A program made the position numbers and the translations under genes. This document shows positions 18,479 through 27,896 of a stretch of DNA of 64,000 nucleotides, piece by piece. Source of the DNA: Candidatus Nomurabacteria bacterium. GTDB lineage: Bacteria; Patescibacteriota; Minisyncoccia; Phycocordibacterales; SBAW01. The stretch's first letter is position 1. Each line of letters starts with the position of its first letter. The DNA is taken from the NCBI GenBank assembly GCA_020854065.1, contig JADZGF010000005.1:8925-72924 (forward strand), in the 5' to 3' direction. The notes under the pieces were generated by a model, which was given only the letters and a program-made list of their open reading frames with translations, was not told where the DNA came from and did no database searches.

Positions 18479-19462
18479 ATGCTCCACGCTACTTTTTCAC
18501 AAGATGTATTTGAGAAGCCCGATATGTCCGCAACACGTGATGGGTTTGGCAAGGCACTCTTAGAGCTGGGTGAGTCTAATAAAGATGTAGTGGTGGTCTG
18601 TGCCGACTTGGCTGAGAGTACGCGCGTATTAGCGTTTAAAGAAAAGTATCCTGAGCGGTATGTCGAAGCGGGTGTTGCCGAGCAAAATATGGCGACCGTA
18701 GCAAGTGGTCTCGCAAATTACGGAAAAGTCCCTTTTATTACTTCATATGCTGCATTTTCACCCGGGAGAAATAATGAGCAGATCCGTACCACTATTTCAC
18801 TCAATTATGTGCCGGTTAAAATTGTTGGTGCGCACGCTGGTATTTCAGTAGGACCTGACGGCGCAACACACCAAGCGCTTGAAGATATGGCGCTGATGCG
18901 TGTGCAGCCTAATATGTTGGTGCTTTCTCCATGTGATAGCGAAGAGGCGCGTAAAGCGACACTTGCTGCAGCAACGCATCCAGGACCCGTGTATATCCGT
19001 CTGACACGAGAAAAGTCTCCGGTCATGACTGCAACGGAAACTCCCTTTACACTCGGTGCCGCAAACGTGGCGTGGGAGAGCGACCATGCGCCTGAAGTGG
19101 TGGTGTTTGCGACTGGGCCTCTGCTCTACCATGCACTCCTTGCTGCGAAAGAGTTGGAACATGCGGTAGCAACGATGGTGGTGAATGTGCACACAATCAA
19201 ACCGCTTGATAGGGCAGTTATCGATTTTGCAAAACAAGCCGGGGCCGTCGTTACGGTGGAAGAACATCAGGTGGCTGGAGGGTTAGGAAGTGCAGTTGCT
19301 GAACTTTTGGCACAAGAGCATCCCGTACCAATTGAGTTTATCGGTGTGAAAGACCAGTTTGGGCAGTCCGGCGAGCCGTCTGAATTGTATGAGCACTACG
19401 GCATGGCGCCGAAGCACATTGTGGAGGCAATTAAAAAAGCAGAGAGTCGCAAAGTGAAGTAA
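18479..19462 (+). CDS. tktB: transketolase, C-terminal (Pyr + C-terminal domain) subunit
   Basis: YVEAGVAEQNMATVASGLA...GPDGATHQALEDMALMR are pyrimidine-binding-domain motifs of transketolase. Confidence 0.9.
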   Translation: MLHATFSQDVFEKPDMSATRDGFGKALLELGESNKDVVVVCADLAESTRVLAFKEKYPERYVEAGVAEQNMATVASGLANYGKVPFITSYAAFSPGRNNEQIRTTISLNYVPVKIVGAHAGISVGPDGATHQALEDMALMRVQPNMLVLSPCDSEEARKATLAAATHPGPVYIRLTREKSPVMTATETPFTLGAANVAWESDHAPEVVVFATGPLLYHALLAAKELEHAVATMVVNVHTIKPLDRAVIDFAKQAGAVVTVEEHQVAGGLGSAVAELLAQEHPVPIEFIGVKDQFGQSGEPSELYEHYGMAPKHIVEAIKKAESRKVK

Positions 19463-19467
19463 ACACT

Positions 19468-20001
19468 ATGCTGCATACGACGCATCGGTTTATAAAAAGG
19501 AGATTTGCAAAGCTCGGCATCGAGGGAGGCGTCATGGCGATATGCGCACTCATTCTCTTTAGTGGCGTTGTATATAAATACGGTGAGTACTCACAGAGTC
19601 TGCAGTGTTTAACGCATCTTTTGTATGTCGAAGCACGGGGCATGGATGAACAAGCGCAGTATGATGTGGCGCACTCGGTGATGAATCGTGTCGAAGCAAA
19701 CCGTCCGTATTTTGGTGGCAACACGGTGTGCGGTGTGGTGTATTACGTGCAAGATGGTGTACGTCAGTATTCGGGAGTGTCCCGTAACTTTGGTATGCCG
19801 GAGGATATGGAATCCTGGAAACGGTCAATGGCAATTGCGAGTGATGTGTTGACTGGCAGGGTGGAGCCTGTTGGCGCAATGCGGGATGCGCTCTATTATC
19901 TCAATCCTAAATATTCAAGCTCACGAAGTATTGTGTGGTTCAGAGCAAATCTCCGTGAGGTGGGATCCTCCGGTGCCCATATTTTTTACACTGACAGATA
20001 A
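19468..20001 (+). CDS. cell wall hydrolase, SleB/CwlJ (Hydrolase_2) family
   Basis: LYVEARGMDEQAQYDVAHSVMNRV matches the Hydrolase_2 core (AEARGE....VA.VILNRV). Confidence 0.55.
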   Translation: MLHTTHRFIKRRFAKLGIEGGVMAICALILFSGVVYKYGEYSQSLQCLTHLLYVEARGMDEQAQYDVAHSVMNRVEANRPYFGGNTVCGVVYYVQDGVRQYSGVSRNFGMPEDMESWKRSMAIASDVLTGRVEPVGAMRDALYYLNPKYSSSRSIVWFRANLREVGSSGAHIFYTDR

Positions 20002-20004
20002 AGG

Positions 20005-20994
20005 TTAGAGCGACTCGACGCTCCACGGTGCTGGGGGATTTGCTAAATTCTTTTCCAATTGCTCGCGCGTAAGGAGTCCTTTTTGTGCACCAATACCCTG
20101 CAAGACCGATGATGCGTTAACTGAGCCCCAACGCAACGCTTCTTCAAGTGTCTTCCCGAGGCTTAATGCAACCGTGGTGGTTGAGGCGAGTGCGTCTCCT
20201 GCGCCCGTTACCTCATACGGCTGCTTTGGATCGGGATAGCGGGGAAGATGAAACATTGCTCCTTGTTCGTCTCGTGCGTAGCATCCGTTGGTGCCGTCGG
20301 TAATGACGACGGTCTTGGGACCGAGTGCGTGCATAGCGTCAAGGAGCTGTTTAAATTCTTGTCCTGCGGGTAATCCTAAAATACGTTCAGCCTCCTCTTT
20401 GTTGCAGAAAAATAGATCGCTTCTTTTATACACCTCTGCAAGTGCTTCTTTACCCATCTTCATCTGGTATGTCCCCGGCTGGAAGGCGAGTTTCGTGTCT
20501 GGATACTTCTCAAGCATCTGCATCAAAGCGCGGTGATAGGGAAGCGAGGAGTCTCCGAGCGAGGAGAGATAGAGCCATTGTGGTTTCTCGCGCAAAGAGG
20601 GCACGGCATAATCGAACGTTTCGTGCTTAACCAATATAGTGCGTTGCGATTCATACCACAGTACGTAGTGGTAGTTGGTAAATTTGCCTGGCTGCGTTTC
20701 CATATACGCAACATCGACGCCTTCACGGCGCAACACTTCAATACATTGTGCACCGTATGCATCTTTGCCGACATATGCACGCAACCCTGAAGACACCCCA
20801 AGACGTGCTGCAGAAACTGCGGCATTTGCAGCGTTTCCCACTGCAGGCACGATCTCGTGGAGCTCATACGGGATCTTATCTCCCCACTTCATAGAGATCT
20901 CGCAATCTTCGTTATCAAGTCGGCAATGCACCCTCGCATCTTTAAGTCTGATAAAGGCGTCAGTCACTATGTCACCAACTGCAAAGAAGTTCAT
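20005..20994 (-). CDS. PfkB-family carbohydrate kinase (ribokinase/phosphofructokinase-B-like)
   Basis: A Gly-rich N-terminal motif and the C-terminal anion-hole motif EVTGAGDAL (DTxGAGD). 329 aa. Confidence 0.75.
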   Translation of the reverse strand: MNFFAVGDIVTDAFIRLKDARVHCRLDNEDCEISMKWGDKIPYELHEIVPAVGNAANAAVSAARLGVSSGLRAYVGKDAYGAQCIEVLRREGVDVAYMETQPGKFTNYHYVLWYESQRTILVKHETFDYAVPSLREKPQWLYLSSLGDSSLPYHRALMQMLEKYPDTKLAFQPGTYQMKMGKEALAEVYKRSDLFFCNKEEAERILGLPAGQEFKQLLDAMHALGPKTVVITDGTNGCYARDEQGAMFHLPRYPDPKQPYEVTGAGDALASTTTVALSLGKTLEEALRWGSVNASSVLQGIGAQKGLLTREQLEKNLANPPAPWSVESL

Positions 20995-21020
20995 GTTGTT
21001 TTCTATTATATAGTAAGTAC

Positions 21021-21887
21021 ATGAAGCCTCTCCGCGAGGTGCTCAAGGAGTACAGAAATGCCACCAAGGCGTTGGCGCATTTTAACTTCTCCGATTCTAA
21101 TCAACTCAAAGCAATTGCTGAGGCGAGTAAAGAAACAGGATTACCGGTACTCGCAGCGCTCTCGGAAGGTGAACGTGAGCATTTTCCTCTGGTGCATGCG
21201 CGCGCATTGATTGATGCGTACCAGCGTGAAGGGGTGCAGATGTACTTAAGTGCTGATCACACGTATTCACTTGAAAAAGCGAAAGCGGCTATTAATGCAG
21301 GAGTAGATGCGATTGTGGTTGATGGGGCAGAACTTAGTTTTGCCGACAATGAAAAGTTGCTTATGCAAGTCGTTGCATACGCGCACAGCAAAAAGCGCTT
21401 CCGCGGATACCACGACACCATTATTGAAGGAGAGTTGGGGTATATTGGTAAATCTTCGTCTTTACACGATTCACTCCCGGAGGGGGTGAGTGAAGCAAAC
21501 CTCACTACGCCCGAGGATGCGGCACGTTTGGTTAAAGAAACAGGTATCGATGCGCTTGCGCCAGCGGTGGGGAATGTACACGGCATGTTGAAGAATGCAA
21601 AAGAGCCACGATTGCACCCGGATCGGATGAAAGAGATTGCAAAAGCGGCGGGGGTTCCACTCGTATTGCATGGTGCTTCCGGAAACAGCGAAGAGGACAT
21701 TAAGGCTTGTATTGCGGTAGGTGTCTCAATTGTTCATATCAATACCGAGCTCCGGGTGCTCTATCGAGATTCACTCCGTGATTCACTAAAAGGAGAGGAA
21801 ACAACGCCGTATAAGTTTTTGACCCCGGCAGTCGATGCTATGCGCGAGTACCTTATCCACAGGGTGCGGTTATGTGCAGGTCTCTAG
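21021..21887 (+). CDS. fba: class II fructose-bisphosphate aldolase family protein
   Basis: EGELG, AIGNVHGM-like AVGNVHGM and LVLHGASG motifs of class II FBA/tagatose-bisphosphate aldolase. Confidence 0.8.
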   Translation: MKPLREVLKEYRNATKALAHFNFSDSNQLKAIAEASKETGLPVLAALSEGEREHFPLVHARALIDAYQREGVQMYLSADHTYSLEKAKAAINAGVDAIVVDGAELSFADNEKLLMQVVAYAHSKKRFRGYHDTIIEGELGYIGKSSSLHDSLPEGVSEANLTTPEDAARLVKETGIDALAPAVGNVHGMLKNAKEPRLHPDRMKEIAKAAGVPLVLHGASGNSEEDIKACIAVGVSIVHINTELRVLYRDSLRDSLKGEETTPYKFLTPAVDAMREYLIHRVRLCAGL

Positions 21888-21963
21888 CTATATACTTAAG
21901 CGAGTTACGGAGACGCTCTACGCATATCTGAATTTTTAAAAATTATAAACTGAGCTGCTTTTT

Positions 21964-22344
21964 ATGAATACATTTAACGGGATACTTATTGGGCTCATTG
22001 TAGCCATCGTCGCTTCGGCAGGTTCTTTTTATCTTGGGTACAGCATTAACCCCGCTGTTCTCGGGCCTTATATAGCACCAAATGCGGTAGAAGGTTTACC
22101 TGAGGGAGTTGTCCAGATTCTTGGTACGGTTGAATCTCAAGAAGCTGGAAATCTTACGGTCCGCCTCAATACCGGCGAGCAGCGCACAGTCATGCTTAAC
22201 GAAGATACTTCAGTGGTTGTAAGTGTCCTCGCGGCAGACCTCTCCGTTCTTATCCCAGGGACGGAAGTTTTGATCTCTGCATTTGAGCAGCAAGACGGCT
22301 CTCTGCAGACGGAATACATTACGGTAGTACCTCAAGACGAGTAA
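21964..22344 (+). CDS. small N-terminally anchored membrane protein
   Basis: TM helix ILIGLIVAIVASAGSFYLGY. The stop lies 3 nt before the start of the large surface protein, so probably co-transcribed. Confidence 0.4.
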   Translation: MNTFNGILIGLIVAIVASAGSFYLGYSINPAVLGPYIAPNAVEGLPEGVVQILGTVESQEAGNLTVRLNTGEQRTVMLNEDTSVVVSVLAADLSVLIPGTEVLISAFEQQDGSLQTEYITVVPQDE

Positions 22345-22346
22345 CA

Positions 22347-24587
22347 ATGGAGTTTTTTCCAAAACATAAGGGTCGTTTTATCGGCGCAAGCGTTGCTGCG
22401 GTGTATCTTCTTTTAATCGGTGCCGCATTTATCGGGAATGATTCATTGGCGCAGTTTGCGAACGTCTCTCCCGGTAGTCAGACAGCACTGTCGATCTGCG
22501 ACATTCCTGGTGTGGGTTGTGGAGATGGCATTATCTACACGAACGACCTGAAGGTAACCATAGTTTCTTGGGCACTCCCGCCATATGGTGGGAGTGGAGA
22601 ATTGTATGTAAAGACCCATGGTTATACGTCTTATACGGGGGTTAACGCGCTTTGTGTGTATAAAAATCTCACGACAGGCGTCGGGAGGACCGCGAAGAGT
22701 GGTGCTAAAGGAGAGGCTAGAATTAAAGATTTCGGTCCAATTAATGGCACTACACAAGTAAAGATTACCTGCACCAACTACTACGCTACGTACTCCTCTT
22801 CCGATTCGACCAAAATAACCCTTAAAAATGCGCCAGACATTACGTTCCAGGCGGACCCAACAGAGCTTACCTACAGCGGCGCTCCAGTCACGAGTAACAT
22901 TACGTGGAAGGTAGGGAACGATTACAAATGTCGACTGACGGGTCCTGGTGTTTCTATAAGTAAGACAGAGGCGGAGTGCCAAAATAGTACGGTAACTGCT
23001 GTGCCGTTTAGTAGCCCAGGTTCTTATACGTACGATCTTGAGTATGTTCCATATTCTGACAAAGACGGAAATGATGTATGGGCTACAATCCAGAGTGTAA
23101 CAGTTGATGTCTTGCCACCGGCCGACCTCTGTCCATCGCTTGCAGGTACACAGACCTCATATCCATCAGGTTCAAGTCCTGCAAACTCCTGCACCTGCCC
23201 CAGTGGGTATACGTACGACAGCGGTTCTAACGCTTGTGTTGCTCTGGACCTCTGCCCATCACTTGCAGGTACACAGACTTCGTATCCTTCTGGTTCGAGT
23301 CCTACAAACTCTTGTACGTGCCCCTCAACTTCGACCTACAACAGCTCAACGAATAGCTGTGCAGCCGCCACTGACCTTTGCCCGTCCCTCGGGGGCACAC
23401 AAACCTCATATCCATCAGGTTCAAGTCCTGCAAACTCTTGTACGTGCCCCGCGACATATACCTACAATAGTGGTACCAACAGATGCACAGCTCCTGTTGC
23501 CGCTGATCTCTGTCCATCACTTGCAGGCACACAGACTTCGTATCCTTCTGGTTCGAACCCACCTAATTCATGCACATGCCCTGGAGACTATATCAGCGCC
23601 ACTAATAGATGCATGGCTCCTGTAACGGGAACGCCAACGTTGAACATTACAGGCAACGGGCAGCAAAATACAGTAACTGTCACTCCAGGGACGCCGGTTA
23701 CTGTTGTTGGAACTTTTGTGGCTGCTTCCGGTGACTCTTTGGTAGCTACAGCTCTTAATGACAACGCAAGTAATCCACTTCCTGGCGTGCCAAACAGCAC
23801 TGCAACATCGCCTAAGACATATGTCTTTACGCCAACAGCAGTCGGTAGTTACGTATTTTATCCAGCGGCGAGGACTTCGGCATATCCATCATGGAACAAT
23901 TACGGCAAAGCGTTGGTCGTAAACGTAATACCTGCTAGCGTCTTTACCTGCACAGGCGCTGTTCCTTCAAACGCCACACTTTGTACTGCAGATGATACTG
24001 GTTTGACTTCCAATACCGCACGAACACTCACTTCTTCCTGCAGCATACCTAGGGGGAGTGCGCCAAAATGCCAATACACGTGCCAGTCGGGCTACACCAT
24101 ACAAGGCAGCACGTGTGAGCCAAACGCTACATGCTCAGGGGCACATCAGCTCGGTACGCCACCTAACTGCACCTGTGAAGTTGGATACATCATGCAGTAT
24201 GGAAGTTGTGTTGCTGTAGCTTGCCCGGGTGCGCATGAGGTTAACTATCCGGCATGTACCTGTGGGTCCGGCTACACTCGTGATGCCGGAAGTGGTCAAT
24301 GTGTTATGCAACCAGCGCTTGAGCTTCAAGTAAACGGAGCAGATGCAGCTCGGGTTCGTGCGGGGAGTGGGGTAGAGATTATATGGAATGCAACTGGAGT
24401 TCAGGCTGGATCCTGCACCGTACGCACTTCGGCTGGTACGACAATCTCAAGTGGAGTCAACAGCGGTTCTAGTGAGTACACTGTTGCGGGGCAGACAATC
24501 TTCCGCCTCAGCTGCCTTAATGATGCTGGTGGGGTAGTAACGGATGAAGCGGTCGTCAATATCATCCCTACCTTTATAGAGTCCTAG
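22347..24587 (+). CDS. large surface protein, paralog of 11989..14895 (TM anchor, four Cys-rich roughly 40 aa repeats, shared Ig-like domain, C-terminal Cys-rich modules)
   Basis: N-terminal TM helix. Four DLCPSL(A/G)GTQTSYPSGS.P.NSCTCP repeats. The domain TPGTPVTVVGTFVAASGDSLVATALNDNASNPLPGV...YVFYPAARTS is homologous to TVGQSVLITGTFSAASGDSLTATALNDSSNNALPGV...YVFYPAVRTT in the 968 aa protein. Confidence 0.75.
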   Translation: MEFFPKHKGRFIGASVAAVYLLLIGAAFIGNDSLAQFANVSPGSQTALSICDIPGVGCGDGIIYTNDLKVTIVSWALPPYGGSGELYVKTHGYTSYTGVNALCVYKNLTTGVGRTAKSGAKGEARIKDFGPINGTTQVKITCTNYYATYSSSDSTKITLKNAPDITFQADPTELTYSGAPVTSNITWKVGNDYKCRLTGPGVSISKTEAECQNSTVTAVPFSSPGSYTYDLEYVPYSDKDGNDVWATIQSVTVDVLPPADLCPSLAGTQTSYPSGSSPANSCTCPSGYTYDSGSNACVALDLCPSLAGTQTSYPSGSSPTNSCTCPSTSTYNSSTNSCAAATDLCPSLGGTQTSYPSGSSPANSCTCPATYTYNSGTNRCTAPVAADLCPSLAGTQTSYPSGSNPPNSCTCPGDYISATNRCMAPVTGTPTLNITGNGQQNTVTVTPGTPVTVVGTFVAASGDSLVATALNDNASNPLPGVPNSTATSPKTYVFTPTAVGSYVFYPAARTSAYPSWNNYGKALVVNVIPASVFTCTGAVPSNATLCTADDTGLTSNTARTLTSSCSIPRGSAPKCQYTCQSGYTIQGSTCEPNATCSGAHQLGTPPNCTCEVGYIMQYGSCVAVACPGAHEVNYPACTCGSGYTRDAGSGQCVMQPALELQVNGADAARVRAGSGVEIIWNATGVQAGSCTVRTSAGTTISSGVNSGSSEYTVAGQTIFRLSCLNDAGGVVTDEAVVNIIPTFIES

Positions 24588-24642
24588 CGGTCAGGTCCTC
24601 TAGCTTGCCGCGTATAGGTTTTTCTGTTACAGTACCTCCGTT

Positions 24643-25293
24643 ATGGAGTTGACCGTCAATAAGCGCGAAACTACGCAAAATCCTAATACCCTACGCCGCG
24701 AGGGCTTCTTGCCTGCGGTTATCTATGGTTGTGCCGCAGAGTCCACTCCGGTTACGATCGACCGCAAGACCTTCCAGAAAGTCTATAAGGCTGCAGGCGA
24801 GTCGAGCGTTATCACCATTAAGGGCCTTGGTGAGGATAAAGACGCCCTTATCCACGATGTACAGCACGATGCAGTAACGGGTGAGCCGTTGCATGCAGAT
24901 TTTTATGCAATTCAGAAGGGTCAAACGGTGACGGTCTCCGTACCACTCGAGTTCGATGGTGTCGCTCCTGCAGTGAAGGATCTTGGTGGTATTTTGACCA
25001 AAGTCATGCACGAGCTTGAAATCACGGTACAACCGAAAGATCTCCCACATGCTATTCATGTAGACATTTCTGCATTGAAGACCCTTGAAGATCAGATTAA
25101 GGTCTCTGACCTTAAACTTCCGGCATCTGCTGAGATATCTGCTGATCCTGAGGAGGTTGTTGCAATGGTATCGACTGCAACGGAAGAGCCTGCGGAGCCT
25201 GCAGCACCAATTGATCTCTCGGCAATCGCTATCTCCGAAGAGCGCGGCAAGAAGGAGGAAGAAGCTCCTGCTGAAGGCGAAACAAAAGAGTAA
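24643..25293 (+). CDS. rplY: 50S ribosomal protein L25 / general stress protein Ctc
   Basis: RREGFLPAVIYG....PVTID and HADFY..Q...V.V.VPLEF match the L25/Ctc signatures. An acidic C-terminal tail is typical of the Ctc form. Confidence 0.8.
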   Translation: MELTVNKRETTQNPNTLRREGFLPAVIYGCAAESTPVTIDRKTFQKVYKAAGESSVITIKGLGEDKDALIHDVQHDAVTGEPLHADFYAIQKGQTVTVSVPLEFDGVAPAVKDLGGILTKVMHELEITVQPKDLPHAIHVDISALKTLEDQIKVSDLKLPASAEISADPEEVVAMVSTATEEPAEPAAPIDLSAIAISEERGKKEEEAPAEGETKE

Positions 25294-25298
25294 CAAAA

Positions 25299-25325
25299 GC
25301 GACCCTGAAAGGGGTCGTTTTAGGT
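25299..25325 (+). terminator. putative rho-independent terminator after rplY
   Basis: GCGACCC-TGAAA-GGGGTCG hairpin followed by TTTTAGG. Confidence 0.45.
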
Positions 25326-25378
25326 CTTCATAAGTAATTTTTGAGAGTCTCTTGCGTCTGTTAAGATATAAAGAACGC

Positions 25379-26719
25379 ATGAGTTTTAAGCTCTCCATAG
25401 GGGCTCTGTTCCTCTTCCTGGCACTCTCAGGTGCCGCTATGGCGCAGACCCTCTCTCCGGAGGAACGCGCAAAACTCCAAGCTGAATACGACCAACTGCA
25501 AGAGGAAATAGTAAAGTGGCAGAAAGTGCTCGACGAGACGCGAGCAAAGAAGAACACCATTCAAGGAGATGTGTCTGCCCTTGATGCACAGATTAAGAAG
25601 GCGCAGGCTGAGATTAATCAACGTAATAATACTATTTCGCGGCTCTCTTCTGAGATTCGCCAAAAATCAGCACGCATCTCTACATTAGAAGAGCGCCTTG
25701 ATCGGGGGAAAGAGTCTTTGGCAAAACTTCTGCGTGAAAAATACCAGAGTGATCAACAGTCGCTTGCGGTATTAGCACTCTCAGCACAAGACCTTTCTGA
25801 TTTCTATGCCACCGTCGACTCTATCGACATTATCGACCGCGAGTTGCAATCCCTTTTTGATGAGCTCCGTGGCGTTAAACAGCAGACTGAGGAAGAGAAG
25901 GCGGCATTAGCCGAGCGCCAGGATAAAGAGTTTGATGCGCGCTATGAGGTGGAGGTAAAAAAGAAGGAGATAGCAACGGACCAGGCACAAAAGAAGGAAT
26001 TGCTCGCCGTCACCGCAAGCGAAGAGAGATCATACAGCCAGGTGCTGGCGGATAGGCAGCGTAGAGCTGAGGAAATCCGTAGCGCACTCTTCGAGTTGCG
26101 TGACACGCAAGGTATTTCCTTTGAGACCGCACTTGCGTACGCACAAGAGGCTTCCGGCAAAACAGGAGTACGTGCTGCCTTTATTCTCGGCATTCTGCGC
26201 CAAGAGTCTAACTTGGGTAAAAACGTAGGGCAGTGTCTCTTAACCGATGCTACAACCGGGGCTGGCAAGGGTAAAAATACCGGTACACCATTTGCTCGGG
26301 TAATGCGTGCGGATGAGGTACGTAACGACGCTGCAGTCTTCCTCAACTTAATGCAAAAACTTGGTCGCGATCCGTACTCGACCCCGGTGTCCTGTCCTAT
26401 TGCAGGAGTGGGGTATGGCGGCGCTATGGGACCGTCCCAATTTATCCCCACCACCTGGGTTGGGCTTGAGAGCCGCATCAGCTCCCTCGTCGGTGTATCG
26501 ACTCCTGATCCGTGGAGCCCGAAACACGCCATTCATGCAACCGCTCTTTTCTTAGCAGATCTCGGTGCGGGCAGGGGTACGCCAAGCGCCGAGCGCGAGG
26601 CTGCAGGCCGATACTATGCGGGAGGCAATTGGGCTACCTTGGGGCTTGGGTATGCCAATTCGGTCTTAGGTTTTGCCGCCGAATACCAGGCAAATATCGA
26701 CTTCTTGAACGACTTGTAA
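25379..26719 (+). CDS. secreted coiled-coil protein fused to an MltB-like lytic transglycosylase domain
   Basis: Signal peptide [23 protein letters not shown] roughly 230 aa coiled-coil (heptad-rich, Q/E/K/R). C-terminal motifs ILRQESNLG and [13 protein letters not shown] match the lytic murein transglycosylase B family (ESxxG ... GAMGQxQFMPST). Confidence 0.6.
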   Translation: MSFKLSIGALFLFLALSGAAMAQTLSPEERAKLQAEYDQLQEEIVKWQKVLDETRAKKNTIQGDVSALDAQIKKAQAEINQRNNTISRLSSEIRQKSARISTLEERLDRGKESLAKLLREKYQSDQQSLAVLALSAQDLSDFYATVDSIDIIDRELQSLFDELRGVKQQTEEEKAALAERQDKEFDARYEVEVKKKEIATDQAQKKELLAVTASEERSYSQVLADRQRRAEEIRSALFELRDTQGISFETALAYAQEASGKTGVRAAFILGILRQESNLGKNVGQCLLTDATTGAGKGKNTGTPFARVMRADEVRNDAAVFLNLMQKLGRDPYSTPVSCPIAGVGYGGAMGPSQFIPTTWVGLESRISSLVGVSTPDPWSPKHAIHATALFLADLGAGRGTPSAEREAAGRYYAGGNWATLGLGYANSVLGFAAEYQANIDFLNDL

Positions 26720-26741
26720 TCGTGTGTTACACTGCTCACAC

Positions 26742-26954
26742 ATGAAAAAGGAGACCCATCCGACATATTTTGCCAAAGCCACCGTTGCGTGCGTATGCGG
26801 GGCGTCTTTTCCGGTGGGTTCGACCAAAGAAAAACTGGAGGTTGAGATCTGCTCGAGCTGCCATCCGTTCTATACGGGGAATGAGAAGATCCTCGATGCC
26901 GCTGGTCGTGTCGAGAAGTTTAAGGCTCGTCGCGCTGCAGCAAAGAAGAAATAA
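26742..26954 (+). CDS. rpmE: 50S ribosomal protein L31 (Zn-ribbon type)
   Basis: [10 protein letters not shown]...VACVCG...[12 protein letters not shown]. Confidence 0.8.
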   Translation: MKKETHPTYFAKATVACVCGASFPVGSTKEKLEVEICSSCHPFYTGNEKILDAAGRVEKFKARRAAAKKK

Positions 26955-26996
26955 CTACGCTACACTGAGAGCGTAGAAGAAGTAAGTCGAAAGGGC

Positions 26997-27896
26997 TTGG
27001 CTTCTACGAAGCTACCCATGGACGATTTGCAAAAATACAAAGAAAACCCAAAAACTGCCTATATGGTGGAGACGTTGCAGTACCTTACCAACGAGTCTGA
27101 TCGTGCAGCACTCATCACGCAGATGGATGAGATTCTCAAAGCAGAAGAGGGGAGCGATGAACTCCCGAACGAAGCTATTTTAGAAGTCCGTGCCGGTGTG
27201 GGTGGGCAAGAAGCTGCCCTCTTTGCTGAAGAGTTGGCAAACATGTACCAGGCATATGTGGTGGCGCAGGGGTGGAGTGTCCGCACGCTCTCTGAGGCAA
27301 AAACTGATCTTGGGGGGTATAAAGAGGCGGTATTTGAAATTCGGGGGAAGGGAGTGTATGAAAAATTGCGGTATGAGACAGGGGTACATCGCATCCAGCG
27401 TGTTCCTGCAACTGAAAAGAGTGGTCGTGTGCACACGTCCACTGCATCGGTTGCAATCTTGCCGATCCGTAAGAAGCACACCATTGTTATAAATCCCGCT
27501 GATATTGAGTGGGAGTTTTCGCGTGCAGGGGGTGCCGGTGGCCAAAACGTGAATAAGGTTGAGACTGCTGCGCGGGTGATACACAAACCAACGGGTCTTG
27601 ATGCCCGCTCGCAAGCAGAGCGTTCGCAAAACGCCAACCGCGAGCGCGCCATGGCTGTCCTTATGGCCAGACTTGAGCAGCTTGAGGAGGAGAAAGAGGC
27701 TCAAAAATATGCTGCGCATCGTGCATCCCAAATTGGTACCGCGGATCGCTCTGAGAAGATTAGAACCTATAACATCCTGCAGGATCGCGTAACCGACCAT
27801 CGCATCAAGCAGGACTGGCATAATCTTCCTAAAATTTTTGCAGGTTCGCTTGACCCTATTATTGATGCCCTACTCTCGTATACAGCGACTGAGTAA
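26997..27896 (+). CDS. prfA: peptide chain release factor 1 (short N-terminal domain)
   Basis: GGQ motif ([14 protein letters not shown]), a PAT tripeptide ([14 protein letters not shown], which is RF1-type rather than the SPF of RF2), and [13 protein letters not shown]. Confidence 0.85.
   Translation: MASTKLPMDDLQKYKENPKTAYMVETLQYLTNESDRAALITQMDEILKAEEGSDELPNEAILEVRAGVGGQEAALFAEELANMYQAYVVAQGWSVRTLSEAKTDLGGYKEAVFEIRGKGVYEKLRYETGVHRIQRVPATEKSGRVHTSTASVAILPIRKKHTIVINPADIEWEFSRAGGAGGQNVNKVETAARVIHKPTGLDARSQAERSQNANRERAMAVLMARLEQLEEEKEAQKYAAHRASQIGTADRSEKIRTYNILQDRVTDHRIKQDWHNLPKIFAGSLDPIIDALLSYTATE

Noticed and set aside
13540-23620. Possible CRISPR array suggested by regularly spaced DNA repeats
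   Set aside because: All repeat arrays (RCC1 159 nt units, Cys-repeat roughly 120 nt units, EEPPA 15 nt units, YYPDTYTD 24 nt units) are in-frame coding repeats with synonymous drift. They are not short palindromic repeats separated by unique spacers, and no cas genes are present.
23104-23625. ORF 23104-23625 (plus strand, 173 aa; His/Pro/Leu-rich) and 13619-13852 (plus strand, 77 aa)
   Set aside because: These are alternative-frame readings of the Cys-repeat DNA inside the surface-protein genes. Their periodic HRLRILLV repeats merely mirror the nucleotide repeat.
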